This document shows positions 47,912-61,383 of a stretch of DNA of 64,000 nt, piece by piece; the first letter of the stretch is position 1; each line of letters opens with the position of its first letter. The notes under the pieces were generated by a model. That model was given only the letters and a program-made list of their open reading frames with translations, was not told where the DNA came from and did not search any database. Origin of the DNA: Hamiltosporidium tvaerminnensis FI-OER-3-3. Lineage: Eukaryota > Fungi > Microsporidia. The stretch is taken from positions 372,001 through 436,000 of the forward strand of contig JAKIMF020000004.1 in NCBI GenBank assembly GCA_022605425.2. Reading direction: 5' to 3'. The position numbers and the translations under genes were made by a program.

Positions 47912-50428
47912 ATGTATTCAAAAACAATATCGAGAAACTTTCAAGCTTTTTGTAATAAAAAAAGAAATCTTATGCTAAAATACAAAGTTAAAATACAGCT
48001 TCGGAGGTACTGCTATTTAATTCATTGTATTAAATTTATATTTCTGGAAGTAATTGTTTGTGCCTCGTCGCATGATTCGGGTGTAATAACTTTTGGACTT
48101 ATCGATCGAGACTGGTCATGTAAATATCCCGAAGACGTTGACTATAAGACAGTAAAATATTGGCTAGTTTCTACCGAAAATGGTACTTCAAAGTTATGCA
48201 CTGGTGATCACTGTGTAAAAACAATTCCAATTCGGGAAAGCACGGCTTATCAATATGTTTTTTCATGCACTAAGAATGCAACATTCTATAATCATGAACC
48301 ACTTCATTCATATGAAGTTATATATTTAAATCGATGGAATGTAAAATTTCGTGTTCTTAATAACTTATTAAATAATTCCAAACCAGAACCTTTTATATTT
48401 GAAAGCTATTTAAAGATATATTATCAAGATTTTTACATTATTGATTGCTATTTAAACCCACGAATTGATTTAAATTTCCATAATTTGCCTTATAAATTGT
48501 TTTATAAAATTTTAGCTGTTTTAACATCTTTGGATCCTATTAGCAGTAAATATTTAAACCAAGTCTATTCAAATCTTTTAAAAAATGGTCTTATGGGTTT
48601 TGAATCAAAGAAGATTTTGGCAGATCCAAAAAATTACAAAATGAAATATTTAAATTCCAAGAAACATATATTTATGTATTTCTTTTCCGTTCTATATGAT
48701 ACAATAGATGCATGCTTAATCCAGCAAAAATCGCTGGTTTATATATTTAAAAGAACAGAAGATTGTATAGATCAATGTTTTAAGGATATCGATAATATTG
48801 CTTTTATTAGGTTGAAAGTAACCATATATTCACTAGACGTAATTTCTTTGAATTTTTCATCGTTTATGTGGTCTGTCTTTAACTGGCTTTTATCTTTAAT
48901 CAATATTTCGGGTTTATATATTGATGAATCTGAAATTGTTTACTATGGAATTAAATTACCTGTTCTTTACCATTCTAATGCAAAGGATGTTGTTAAAAAT
49001 ATTGAAAGCAATAAGAGTATGTTGAATTGTAAGTTTTTTGAATCATTATGTTCAGCAACCTTACAAAATATTTCTTATCTGAGGTTTGATAATTTAAGGC
49101 TTTCATTTTATTTGTTGTCTTCCTTTTTAGAAAATAATAAAATAAGTCATTTTGAATTATCTTTTTGTAGTTTTGATGTTGCTGATACACGTACACAACT
49201 TTCAAAAATACTTGAAAAAATATCAAAGTTAATTACATTGAAATTAAGAGGACTAATTTTATGGGAAAGTGATATTAATTTTATTCTAAGCTCTATTATA
49301 AGATATTTGGTTTTGTATGATTGTACCGTGGTAACGGGTACTGAAAAGGCTCCAAATTATACGTATAGACCCGCATATAAAATTTATAAAACGTTGACTC
49401 ATTTAGATATATCATTCAGTAAGTTGCCGATAAATTTCGTCAGCGCTCTTCTTTGTTCTGATTCTCTTGAAAATATAAATTTTAGTTCATTTGAGTTTTC
49501 GAAAGATGATTTCGTATCGCTATCTTTGTTTAATTTTACTAAAAAGTTAAATTATCTTAAAATAGTAAATTTAACTACAAATGATCAGCTTTTTAGATTC
49601 TTTGAAGGAATAAAATCTGTTCATACGTTGATTTTGTCCAAGATATCAAATTTAGCGAATCTAGATTTCTTCTTACGTCTACCCAATTTTTCCGAATCTG
49701 TCGTAACACTCAATTTGAGTAATAATTTTTTATCGGTAGCAATCTTGAATCTATTGGGTAAATTTAATCAAATTTCTTGTTTGCATTTAGAAAATAGTCT
49801 CCCCTTAAATTCTGAAGAATTGGATGAAATGCCTTTATTTAGAACTCTAGAGGAACTAGATGTATCTCATAATGAATTTAAAGCAATTGGTAATAATTTT
49901 ATTTCAAGATGTCTAAAACTTAGAAAAATAAATATTTCAAACTCTAAATTTCATAAGGGAGCTCTGATGTGTATTTTTACAAACAATTTAGTTAATAATT
50001 TACTACATCTAGATTTATCAGGTACCGAATTGCAGCATGGAGATTTTCAAAGAGTTTGTGAGTGTAAATTGCTTCAGTATTTAGCCATCGATTTTAAAAA
50101 GGATCTAGTGTCATTTCCATATGAATTATTAATGTATGCTTCTTTTAAAATGTACTTAAATTTTTTAATTTTTGCAGTAGAAAAAATAGAAATTCTCGAT
50201 TTTATTAATCTGGTCATCGAATTTCCTAATTTGAAAAAGTTTAGAATTTTATGTGAAACTCTTTATGTAGCGCGCGATAAACATCTACAACTTTCATTGG
50301 GCTCATATAATGCAAAATCTTTCTGCTATATTGAAGTTTTATATGTTAATCCAATTTCTGATTGTATCATTGAATTTTTACAGTCTACATCCATTTTCCA
50401 TTCAATTTCATTCTTTAATCATCCATAA
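47912..50428 (+). CDS. Leucine-rich-repeat protein (838 aa) of the lineage-specific family
   Basis: Clear LRRs (LTHLDISFS, VTLNLSNNFL, LEELDVSHN, LRKINISNS, LLHLDLSGT), a hydrophobic segment FIFLEVIVCA near the N-terminus, and CCC at 47892-47894. Confidence 0.88.
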   Translation: MYSKTISRNFQAFCNKKRNLMLKYKVKIQLRRYCYLIHCIKFIFLEVIVCASSHDSGVITFGLIDRDWSCKYPEDVDYKTVKYWLVSTENGTSKLCTGDHCVKTIPIRESTAYQYVFSCTKNATFYNHEPLHSYEVIYLNRWNVKFRVLNNLLNNSKPEPFIFESYLKIYYQDFYIIDCYLNPRIDLNFHNLPYKLFYKILAVLTSLDPISSKYLNQVYSNLLKNGLMGFESKKILADPKNYKMKYLNSKKHIFMYFFSVLYDTIDACLIQQKSLVYIFKRTEDCIDQCFKDIDNIAFIRLKVTIYSLDVISLNFSSFMWSVFNWLLSLINISGLYIDESEIVYYGIKLPVLYHSNAKDVVKNIESNKSMLNCKFFESLCSATLQNISYLRFDNLRLSFYLLSSFLENNKISHFELSFCSFDVADTRTQLSKILEKISKLITLKLRGLILWESDINFILSSIIRYLVLYDCTVVTGTEKAPNYTYRPAYKIYKTLTHLDISFSKLPINFVSALLCSDSLENINFSSFEFSKDDFVSLSLFNFTKKLNYLKIVNLTTNDQLFRFFEGIKSVHTLILSKISNLANLDFFLRLPNFSESVVTLNLSNNFLSVAILNLLGKFNQISCLHLENSLPLNSEELDEMPLFRTLEELDVSHNEFKAIGNNFISRCLKLRKINISNSKFHKGALMCIFTNNLVNNLLHLDLSGTELQHGDFQRVCECKLLQYLAIDFKKDLVSFPYELLMYASFKMYLNFLIFAVEKIEILDFINLVIEFPNLKKFRILCETLYVARDKHLQLSLGSYNAKSFCYIEVLYVNPISDCIIEFLQSTSIFHSISFFNHP

Positions 50429-51618
50429 AATGCCCCGTAAAAAAATTATAAAGTTTAACTTCTAATTTAAAATTCAATTTTTTTCTCACTAGGTAATATT
50501 TTAAAATTTAGGTAAATCATTCAAAACGATGTCTATTTGTGATTTTTACTTGTACTTATTTATTTATTTTTTCATTTCATTCTATTAATAATTGTATAAT
50601 AATCGGAAGTATAATACATATTCCTATTTAATTTATGATCTTTGATAAAAATTTTCTTCAATGAGATCAGCGATTTTTCAATTATTTGTATCTCTTGCAA
50701 TATTAAAAATTCTAAGCCTAAATTGTCAAACGTAAAAAAATAAACGAATATAAAACTATTTTTAGGAAAAAGACATTTTATTATAAATTAGATAAGTTTC
50801 TAATGTTGCAGTTGGCTTTTTACAATCTTTATATTTTTTTCTCTCCGGTATCCTATCAATAATATCTCATATTTTAATATTTTGCTAAGTATAATAAAAA
50901 AATTATTTTTTTTTTACATTTTTTAACCAAAAAAAATCCAAAACACAATTTTTATATCATTTTATTTGCTTTAGTTGCATTTCTTTGTCCTACAATATAT
51001 TTATCTTGTGTAATATTAATCCTCAATATATTTTAGGCTAAGAAATTCAAAACCCGCACTGAATTGGAATTTTAAAACAAAAAATAAATTAAAAATTCTG
51101 ATGTGACTAATTTTAACTACATATCTACAAAAATTATACTACCATTGAATATTGAGTTTATTATTTTGTTTAATGTATTATATTGTTTATAATAACTACC
51201 TTCTCGATGATATATCATTATTCATAAACCATATCGTATTATTCTATAATTATATACATACCGATATATCTTGTATTCCTAAGATAATAATTGAAATATT
51301 TACAAATTTACCTAAACATATTTTGTAAAAAATATATTGACTTCAAATATTTATTCAATCATCATTATTCGATAAGTATTCTATGAAAAAATACCAAACA
51401 CATCCCAAGTATTGGTTTTTGTATTAAATAGTTATTTTAATTATCATATTAGTATTGCCAATAATTAATAATGTAATGTTATTACAGTTTATCCTAAGTT
51501 CTATAATAAATCATTTTGTTACGAATATTATTTAGTTTTTCGTGTTTCATGTTTAAATCTTCATTTTAATTTGAAAGAATATAAAAATTAAAATTAAATA
51601 ACCTTTTTAATTATAATA

Positions 51619-52335
51619 AGTGGAGGGAGGATAACCACATAAGAACTTTCTGCTTGGCAATGAGTGTGTGAAACTGGTATGAGGTCAATGTTTGGATTTT
51701 TGATGGGAATACAACCACACTACATCTTCAGTTGTTCCATGGGAGTTTTTATGAAGAGGAGAGGTCTAAAAAACGGAGAAACTTTTTCTACAAAGTTATT
51801 TGTAGTTTTTTATGTAACCAGATTGCAGACCGCGGCTGAACATGTAGGTAATTGCCATGTAAAAGCATGGAAATCTTGCCTTGCTCACTCGGGTTAGAAG
51901 ACTTAGCGCCTGGAGATATAAAAATAAAAACCATTTAAAGCCGCGAAGGCTAAGTAGCAGGTTATACCTGTTGGTATGACATTGCACTGTCTAGGTGAAC
52001 CCCATGTAAATCTCTGAAATATATCTTAGCTAGAAGTTTATTGGGTTCAGAAAGTGTAGAGTAAGTGGGAATGCTGCATAGTCTTGGGGGAGCCCAAGGG
52101 GGGCTTTGGCCTTCGATCACACTCCATGCAACGGACATTAACGAACTCCGGGCAATCGCCTCGCCTAGTAATCAGGTTCTATACACCTGGTAGATGAAAG
52201 GCTTTGGGATGTAGGTATCACAAGGGGTACCGATGCAGTGTTAGGGTAGCAGTTAATTATGTTAAACCTAGAACTGCGTTAATGTCATGAAAACAAATAT
52301 AACACTTGCCACTATTTTAAAAATATGTAATATTG
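51619..52335 (+). repeat. Family A element, copy A4
   Basis: Highly similar to A1 from AGTGGAGGGAGGATAACCAC through CACTTGCCACTATTTTAA. Confidence 0.92.
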
Positions 52336-54029
52336 GTTCATTTTAATTACTTTACGCTTGTTTTTTTCGGTTTATTTGCCTTTCTTAAAATAAAAAACCA
52401 GGAACACTATAAATCACGAGTAAATTGCTCAAGAGATGAACTGGGGCACATAAATTCTTCATACACTTAAATCAGTTTCAGAAATTCATTTTAAAGCCAA
52501 ATATGAAATATTTCTTTGTGGTTTTGGAATGTATGCAACATATAATATTTTATAAATCGAACTAATGTTTCAAATTTTTCTATTGGTTTGACGATTTATC
52601 CACAAAAAGGAAAGGAATTTCTTGAAACAAAATAACTATTAACGAAAAAAAGTCGTTAGCTCAAGTTAGAATAAATTTATAGAACCAAAATATGGTTGTA
52701 AATTTTTGAATTTATGAGGAGCTATTTTCTCACTAATTCACTCATACTAGTCTCATCTGTTGATATCAGTATCATTTTGGCAAAGGTTTTGGTGACTTTC
52801 CAGTTTTATAAACAGAATATTTATTCTCTAGTACTATCTTTCTCTACTATATAACCAGGTTTTTAAGTGGATTTCTATAAGTTCACTACACCTTTCCAAT
52901 TCTTTGTTTCCATTTTAATAATTCCTTGATTTGTTTTTTTCTTTTTTGATTTCTTTTACACCTGTTTCTTCCCTTTCATTGAGTTTAAAAGACTCAAAAT
53001 TACCTAATACCGCAGCTGAGATGTCAAAGTGGGTTTTTGTGCGTTTGAATTTATAAGGTTTTGTCTTGCTTTATATTATTTGAATATATGAAGTATTCTT
53101 TACAAATCGGTAGTAAGAAGTTAGTTTGCTTCTTCAAAACTTTTCAGTCTATTTTTTGTCTCAGATCGTCTATATACTGGGCTCGTTTACCTTAATAGAG
53201 CACAGGGTTAAAAAAACAATAAAATCGTTTCTAAGCTTTCAATAAGTGATTTTATTGCCATACAAACCCTTAAAATATCATTTTGAAACCATAAGAAGCA
53301 TTCATATTTCAAAAATTTTCCTTTTTAAGATCAAGTGCGGGCTTTAGACCGATTTGATTTTTCTCTCAAACCAATTTCGATTATTAAAGAGCTTTTTACT
53401 TCTGTTGAATTCCTTAAGATCTTAATGATGTTTATAGTTAAATATATAGGGTTTTTTTAAATTATTTTTCATTTTTCAATTCAAATTAATTTTTTTTAAG
53501 ATTATTATGGAATAATTGAATGTAAGATTTGATATAAAAAAAAACTTTGATTTATAGTAGCCTATCCGTATATTGGCACATATTTGGTTCTTATAATTCA
53601 TATTATTTTTTAATTTATTATGTATACGTTTTTGTTTATTAATTTAACCAATCATGACTTGTTACGTTTATTTTTAATAATTCAAAGAATGCCAAAATAC
53701 CGATTTAAAGTTATGAAATATATGAAAAAATAAGCATAATATAATGAACCTAGTTTAACTTTTATGAGAATACAAAGCTCGTTATTTTTAACTCAAATAT
53801 CTAAAATTTAATAATTCGGATTTTGAATTTTCAAACTAAAAGATATAGGAACGAACTTACATATAATGCAAGAATCGTTATTATATATGAAATGATTTTT
53901 TTTTTAAAGTTTAAAGTAAAAATATATATTAAAATGGTATAAATTAATTTACAATTTAATTTTAATTGATGCAATATTTTTTCGTTTATTAGATTTAAAT
54001 TATTTAATATAAAAATTTTCAGAATAAAA

Positions 54030-54712
54030 AGGGAAAACACACATCCGACCCATACGCTAGGTAAAAATTAGGTAGAATTTCTGAGAATATAAATGCTTGA
54101 ATTTTTATGAGATCAGAAATTCCGCTATATTTTCGGGAATTATATAGTAAAACATTTAATTAAGTGACGTCTATAATGAGTTGATTTTTCTACAGTGTTG
54201 GTTTGTAGTTTTTATGGATCTAAATTCAAAACTACAATTTAAATTGTAGACAATTGCCATTAAATGCATAGAAACGCCACCATTGGTTACTAGAATTAAA
54301 ATAACTGGTTTGTAAAGAATAAAATACACACATTGTGATAATGTAATAATTTAAGCAGACATCATATAGGGGAAATGATGATTTTAAAATCTAGATAAAC
54401 ACAATTTGAGCTACAAGTTTTTATTTTTGTACAAGTTTATTTGGTTTAAAAAATATTCGAATGAGTAAATACCGTGTGTCATAAAGAAGCCGCGGTATGG
54501 TTACACCTATTGATCTCGGGTAGGCAACAAATATTAGCGCACTTTAGACAATTTTCTGGATTATTAAATATATTCTGAACTCAATGTAGATAAAAATCTT
54601 TCTGATGTACTTATTTTAGGTAATAATTATTGAATATTAAATCGAATTATCCATATTACATCCAGAGCCGTGTAAATGCTATGAAAAGACGCAGCCTATA
54701 CCACTTTTATTA
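54030..54712 (+). repeat. Family A element, very old copy A5
   Basis: Colinear anchors at the expected spacing: TTTTTCTACA..TTTGTAGTTTTTATG, TGTAGACAATTGCCAT..GCAT, GGGTAGGCAAC, TAAATGCTATGAAAA and CCACTTTT (CCACT at 54701-54705). Confidence 0.6.
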
Positions 54713-54820
54713 AGAACAAAAAGCTCATATATAAAATTTTTAAAACGTAAAATTATATCTATATTGGTTCTATGCAGCGGCTTGAAATGTTTTTCAGTAC
54801 CTTATATAGTATATTTATTT

Positions 54821-55040
54821 CATTCAAACATTCTTGGCACTTTAGCTTTGTAGAAGCCTTGGCTTCCCTTGGTAATACGCCTATTCGTCTTTTTCCATGG
54901 ATTAGTTTACTTTTTCGGGTTTCATAACAAGGTGAATTCAAAGGGTGGGTTGTTAGACCTACGCCCAACCTCAATCTGGAACACCAGTCCCTTTTAGTCG
55001 CCTCTTACGACAAGCAGGGTTTACTCCAGACATGATGGGT
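54821..55040 (-). mobile_element. 220-bp RTE-like short non-autonomous retroelement (SINE-like) with 14-bp TSD
   Basis: Perfect direct repeat TAGTATATTTATTT at 54807-54820 and 55041-55054. Minus strand has CCCTGCTTGTCGTAAGAGGCGACTAAAAGGG near the 5' end and GAAGCCAAGGC...GCTAAAGTGCCAAGAATGTTTGAATG at the 3' end. Confidence 0.8.
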
Positions 55041-57022
55041 TAGTATATTTATTTAGTCAGTCAAATTCGAATTTCAAATCTATAAAATTGACAATATTTG
55101 CGGGAAGAAAATTGATGCTTTTTTATGTTTCCCCACAGATTATCTCGATTTTTGTAAAAACACCAATTCAAACTTTAATTCTAGGAAAATCATTTTTTTG
55201 TGACCTACCCTAAAGATTAAAAAGAGAAGTGAGCTTATAAAAATTTTTCTGAGAATAAAGTATTCATAAAAACATTAATTATAATTGAATTGGAAAATAA
55301 CTCTGATTCTAAGGAGGAAAATTAGACGAAAAGAAAAAGGTTCGATAAACAAAAGCTTATTAAACATGATAGAAATAGGCCAATAATAAATTAAACGAAT
55401 TTTTTAGGTAATAACTCAACAAGTAAATCGTATGAACTACTATGTATCTAACTTCCATCCTAGCTAGCCGATTTCCTATGTAAACCAATTTAGTGCAATT
55501 TTTGGAAAATCAAATAAAATTACCCTGAACTAGAAGAGGTGAATGTATTACTTTGAAAAGATCAAAAAATACAGGGGCAAAAATAAACCGAAAATTTGAC
55601 AAAATTAAATAGATATACTTCTTGAATTTCATAAAAGCAGATAAAGAATATAAATCAGAAAATCAGTGATTATAAAGGATGTGAGGATAAATAAAATACA
55701 CCATGAAATAACAAAGCGTCAAACAAGTTAAAAAAAAGCTAAAAATGGATGTCACAAAGACATATAATAAAAAAGCAAGCTGTATATTAATATATAAAGT
55801 ATATGCATTCGCTCGAATTTTTAAAACTGGAAATATTTCGTGTTTTTGAGTAAACACAAGCCTCTAGATAGTAAAAACTCGAACCTTAGCCATATGAAAA
55901 GGAATTTTTCGGTTACACTCGGATTTCAAGTTTATTCCGTGTGAAAAAAAAGCTTCCAATTTGAAAACTCTAGAAAATCTGCTACTTTAAAGAAATTGTA
56001 TAGAATTTTGAGAGAGGAATATAGTAGGGATCAATATGAAGGTATTTACGCTAAATATTTATTCCGATTAATTATATATCTAAGTCTATAAAACTATATA
56101 TTGGTAAATACATTCAAGAATTCATTAATATATGTATTTGGAAATGAATTTCCTCATCTAAATAGAATAATATATGCAATCTAATAAATAACGATACTTT
56201 ATTAAGTTAAAAACATATTTGTTAGATTAACTCACTGACAAACTAGTATCTAAATATTACCTTGGAATAGTAAAGTTTTTAAAAGCTAGAAAACAGCAGT
56301 CAAAAAAATACGTTAGTCATAGTCATAGGTGTAATTTAAAAAACCAATTGAATAAATTAGAATGGCTATTTTTACAAAACGTAATCGATGATAATTTTCA
56401 TCTAAGAATATTTGTAAGGATAAAGGTATCTATTTGTTTGAAGCCCACAAAAAAATATTTGAAACTATTTATTTAAAAAAGAAAAAATCAGAAGGAACCT
56501 CAATCGCAGACAAGAAGTGGAAAATATAAAATAAAAAGCTTATTCAAGATGGGAAAACTTACGAAATTTCAATAGCTGCATTATACAAAACGAACAGTAA
56601 AACAATTGTATTAAGTATAATATTCGTTAGGTTATCGAACCTCATGTATTAATTTAAAGTCAAAAATAAAGATTACCATTAACCATATAGAAGAAGTCGT
56701 CCTTTAAATTCGACTTAATAAAACGAAAAGAATACCAGAAAACTAAGATTTAATGCATTTTTTCAAATCCTCTGAACAAATGCGTTTTTCGTTCTATCGA
56801 TCTTATAATATGCCATAATAAGATGTTCTATAAAATTTAAACCATTTTTTAAAGCCTTATATAGTAAAAAAAAATTTCAGATGAATAGTAACTTTAATCA
56901 TTAATTTATTAGACAGTAAAAAAAAATAATTGAAAAATAAAATCTTAATTGATTCTAGCGTTATAATAGGAATTTGAAATCGTTAATTTTATAAGATAAA
57001 TAAAAAATAAAGAAAGAAATGT

Positions 57023-58643
57023 TTATTTTCTCATTAGCTTTTTAAACTCTGTTTCTAATAGTCGAAGAAATTTTTTAGAATTTATATCATGATTATAACA
57101 GTAATTTAAAACAAAGTGGAAAAGAGAAAAAGCATCAAGGCGCAGTTTTTGCAAATCTTGAATATTATCATTATCTTGATCCTTTCTTCTAAAAAGTTCT
57201 TTTGATCTTGTTATCAGTGAATTGTATTGTTTATCAACATACTTTGGCCTCACTGTAGTATTAAAAAATTGTAGCTTGGTATCAGAAAATATGCCTGAAT
57301 AGTATTCTATAATTTGTATAATAAAATTTTTTTCATTGAGTATTTTTTCTAATTCACTAGAGAAATTTTGTGAAAAGGTTTCGGTATTGAGGCAATTCCT
57401 ATCGAATGAGGCCGTAGAATTGTAAGCTCTGACTATTTTTTTAATTTCATTCGATTCAAACAAAAATCCAAGATCCGTTATGAAATCTATATCAAGGTTA
57501 GTAGATGATTTTAATTTACTGACAATTGAATTAACATTGCGTCTTTTAATCCCGATAGACATGATATTTAATATCTTAAGGTAATCATCGTTTAGATTCA
57601 ATCCAAAACTACAAACTACAAAGATTATTTCTATGATTGTATTTGAATTTTTGTCCAAAACATCGTTTAAGGTTTTATATATCGAATGATTCGATTTTTT
57701 AATTAATCTCAGGTTATCAGTATATAGTCTTTCTCTTGTTAATAACAGAATACTTTCGATGCTTTTCATTGCTAAAAATACGGAAATAAAGCATCTTTTT
57801 GAAACATCTATCGACTCAAGTCTTTCCTTAAAAAACCTTTTTAAAGAAATAAGAAATGTACTTCTGGCTATAATTTCATCATTTTTTGTAAATATACTTA
57901 TTTTATCGATTTCTTCTTCAAATATCATCCGAAATGAGGCACTTAAATTGGGTTGAGTTTCAATTAATTGTCGTTCAATAAAACAAATATTTTTAATAAA
58001 TTCTGTATAATTTGTTTCTGTATAATTTTTTCTGTATTTTGTTCAAAAAATACGTGAAGAAAATACTGATTATTTAAAAACATATGGATTTGTGGTAAAT
58101 CGGATTGAGAATCATCTTTAAAAGAAAGAACTGACATAAAAACACCCTGGAGGGTTTGATGAAGACTACTTTGCTTCCTAAATTCTTTCGGTAACGATAT
58201 TTTTTGAAACTAACGGCTTTTTTAAGGACTTTATGTATGACTGTTTATCCGTAGAATGATTGCAATGCCTTGGAACTCCAGTTGATGTTCCCATTAACTC
58301 TCCTGATTTAAGAAAGGCATTGACATTTGAATCAAATACATGTGCTGAAACCCCGGCATTTGTACCCTGTCGAAGAAGTATAAGATGATCGTTGATCTTC
58401 GTTGGGGTAAACTCCGTCTTTGATTTGAATGCCTAGAGGTTGCGGGGATCCACTTATGTTGCCACAACCTCTATCTCTAAATTGGGTGCCAGTTCTCCAA
58501 AATACCCGTGTAAAATATATTCGCTTAGCTTTACCTTTTTTTGATGTGTTTGTCAATTTTCTATTGTTTTGCGCGTCCTGAGAACAAAATAAAAACGACC
58601 ATAAAACAAAAAAAATAATTTTTTTGTACGAAGCAAGACCCAT
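57023..58643 (-). pseudogene. Putative secreted protein gene, frameshifted; intact 3' part is ORF 57023-57928
   Basis: CCCCC motif just before ATG 58643, signal-peptide-like KKIIFFVLWSFLFCS, frame breaks between about 58500 and 57930, then a 301-aa open frame. Confidence 0.6.
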
Positions 58644-59928
58644 AATGGGGGTAATTTTCTTCTTATTTTTTTATTTCTCGAAAAACCAAAAAAGGTATAT
58701 TATAATTTCTTATTTTGCAATTGGCATTTTTATTGTTTGGTTTGATCAAAATATATATTTTAATTGATGATAAAAAAAACGTATTTGAAATTATTCCAAA
58801 TTTAATAATTTGGTTTCATTAGAATTAATCTATCTAAAGAGATTATATTTTTATAATCTTAATATTTCGTAAAAAAATTATGTTATTAATTAGAAATTTT
58901 TTGTACCCAAAATAGAAAAATTAAAATCGAAAAAACGGAAAATTTTTTTTAATTTTTTATATAAAGTTCAACTTTAATACAATTTACAATAAAGTATATT
59001 ATATTGTTCTGGACTTCATTAATCTAATTTTTCTACTAATATTTGAAATGTATGTTCAAATGTTTAGAATATCTGTCTTATATATAGAAATTGACCAAGT
59101 ATTATTCCAAGTTTATATTCTCTTTGATAATTGAAATTATCTCATGTTAAAATTTAAAATTCTTCAGCAATCCAAATTCATTATTTAAAAATTCTTTTCC
59201 TAGTTCTAAATTTAGTTCTGTTATTAGTTATCGATCACTAAAAATCCTAGCGATATCTTATAAGTAAATATTATTTTCTTATTTTTTGCATATTTATAAT
59301 AACTTATTCAATTAAGTTATTCTTTTACAAAATTATCGCACTTTATATCAATTTTATTATTCCTAATCAATTGTTGAAAATTTGATTTATTGTAATTTAA
59401 TTTTTTTTGGACCCAATTTGGTTATATTAATTTCCTATTTTGGTCAGATGAACAACAACTTCGATTTTTATTTTCTCATATTTTATAAATCATGAAATAT
59501 CTGATTTTAATGGATTTAGCAGACAGATTATAATTAAAAAAAGAAAATATTGGAAGTTGTTTTATATACTACATTAAAAAGTCTTGAAATGAGTAATTAA
59601 ATGTTTTCAGACGTTTATTTGACTGTAAATGTTTAAAGTAACGAAATAAATAGCAAAAAAATTAAAGATCTACATTTTTTTAAGCTATGGTAAAAAAAAC
59701 CCAATGATAAAATATTGAATTTAAATTGTAAATGAGAAGTCATACAAATCTACTTATTTATCTCATAAAGTTAATCCATTACAATTTTATATGTTTTAAA
59801 CTCCTTCCTTAATATTACTCTTCGCTTTGTGTGTTTAACATACTTCAAAATACATGTGGGAACTGATTTTTTTGGTCTTCTATATACTAGAGGAATTTAT
59901 TTTTATTACATCTTTATTTTAAATTTAT

Positions 59929-60655
59929 GGTGGACAGAGAATAACCACATAAAAAATCGTTTCGTTGGCTATGAGTATGCGAGATTGATATATGGAATTA
60001 TTGTTTGGATTTTTGGTGGGAATAAAACCACACTACATCTTCGGTTGTTCCATGGGAGTTGTTATGAGGAGGAGAGGTCTAAGAGATGGAGAAACTTTTT
60101 CTACAAATTTATTTGTAGTTTTTTATGTAACTAGATTGCAGACCACGGCTGAAAATGTAGGTAATTGGCATGTAAAAGCATGGCAACCTAGCCTTGTTCC
60201 CACTCGGGTTGAAGACTTTGCGCATGTGAGATATAAAAAACAAGTCCATTCAAATCCTGTAGAGCTAAGTAGCAGGTTATACCTTTTGGTGTGACATTGC
60301 ACTGTATAAGATGACCTAGGTAAGTCGCCGTGATATATCTTGGTCAAAATTTTATTTGGATCGGAATAGCGTAGGGTAAATAAGAAAGCTGCAAAATTTT
60401 GGGGAGCCTGAGGGCTTCGGCTTTCACTCAAACTCCATGTAACTAACCTGAACTTTTTTTTGGCAACTTCCTCGCTCATTAATTAGATTTTACACACTAT
60501 TTAGGCAAAAATCTTGAGATGTTGGTATCGTAAGGAGTACCGATGGAGTGTCAAGGGAACAATTATTTATGATAAACCCATAAATGCCTTGGTATCATAA
60601 AAACAAATAAAACGTGCCACTGTTTTAAAAAGTTTTGATATTCCTACAATAAAAT
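59929..60655 (+). repeat. Family A element, moderately diverged copy A6
   Basis: Colinear with A1 over the full length; AATAAA at 60648-60653. Confidence 0.9.
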
Positions 60656-61057
60656 GGAAATATTTTATTTTTATAAATTTTATTTCTGTATTTTCAAAGT
60701 AACCTATGAAATTAAACTGCTTTCATTCTTTGCTATTATTTTTATAAAAACACAAACAGGTAAATCTAAAGACGAATAATTATATTTTTGGTTTCTAATA
60801 CGATTTTATTCTAAATAAATATACTATAGGATCGTTTAATTACAAAAGCCCCAATTTCTTCCCGAAAATATATTTTTAAATCTTTAAGATTTTTTTTAAA
60901 CATAAGACATACTTAATATCAAGGGCATCATTACATATTTGCAGTGTCATCATCATTTTTTTCGTATCTCAAATATTATGAATAGATTTAAGCAGGTCCT
61001 TGTTGCAATATTAATTATAATTTATACAAGTTTTAAAAAATACTTTGTAATATCTTT

Positions 61058-61272
61058 TTGTATTTTAAATTTGTATTTTAAATTTTTAGTTTAAATTTGT
61101 ATTTTGTATTTGTAGTTGAAATTTGTAGTTGAAATTTGTATTTTAAATTTGTATTTTAAATTTTTAGTTTAAAACGGTATTTTGTATTTGTAGTTTAAAT
61201 CCGTAGTTGAAATTTGTATTTTAAATCCGTAGTTTAAATCCGCAGTTTAAATTTGTATTTTAAATTTGTATT
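61058..61272. repeat. ~14-bp minisatellite (TTTGTATTTTAAAT / TTGTAGTTGAAAT) upstream of SMC2
   Basis: Roughly 15 visible units. Confidence 0.88.
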
Positions 61273-61383
61273 TACCTAAGATTTATTTATTAATTTTATT
61301 AACCATTTATTTCCTTCTGCCCATCTAAATATTTAATACAATATTTACAATTATTTCTAAAACCATTTATAGAAAACCCTTCA

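Noticed and set aside
51664-51987. Short ORFs inside family A copies (also 32094-32291 and 59829-60479)
   Set aside because: Frames, starts and stops differ between copies (A1 has an in-frame stop), so the element is not protein-coding.
52640-53460. Possible decayed minus-strand genes (also ~2500-3400 and ~45200-46430) and a + strand relic at ~40000-41450
   Set aside because: Coding-like texture only; no motif or ORF long enough to support a call.
60440-60452. CTAACCT as a telomerase template in copy A6
   Set aside because: Not conserved at that position in the other copies.
14115-60655. All six family A copies on the + strand
   Set aside because: Small sample, related copy B1 is on the minus strand, and old minus-strand copies could have been missed by eye.
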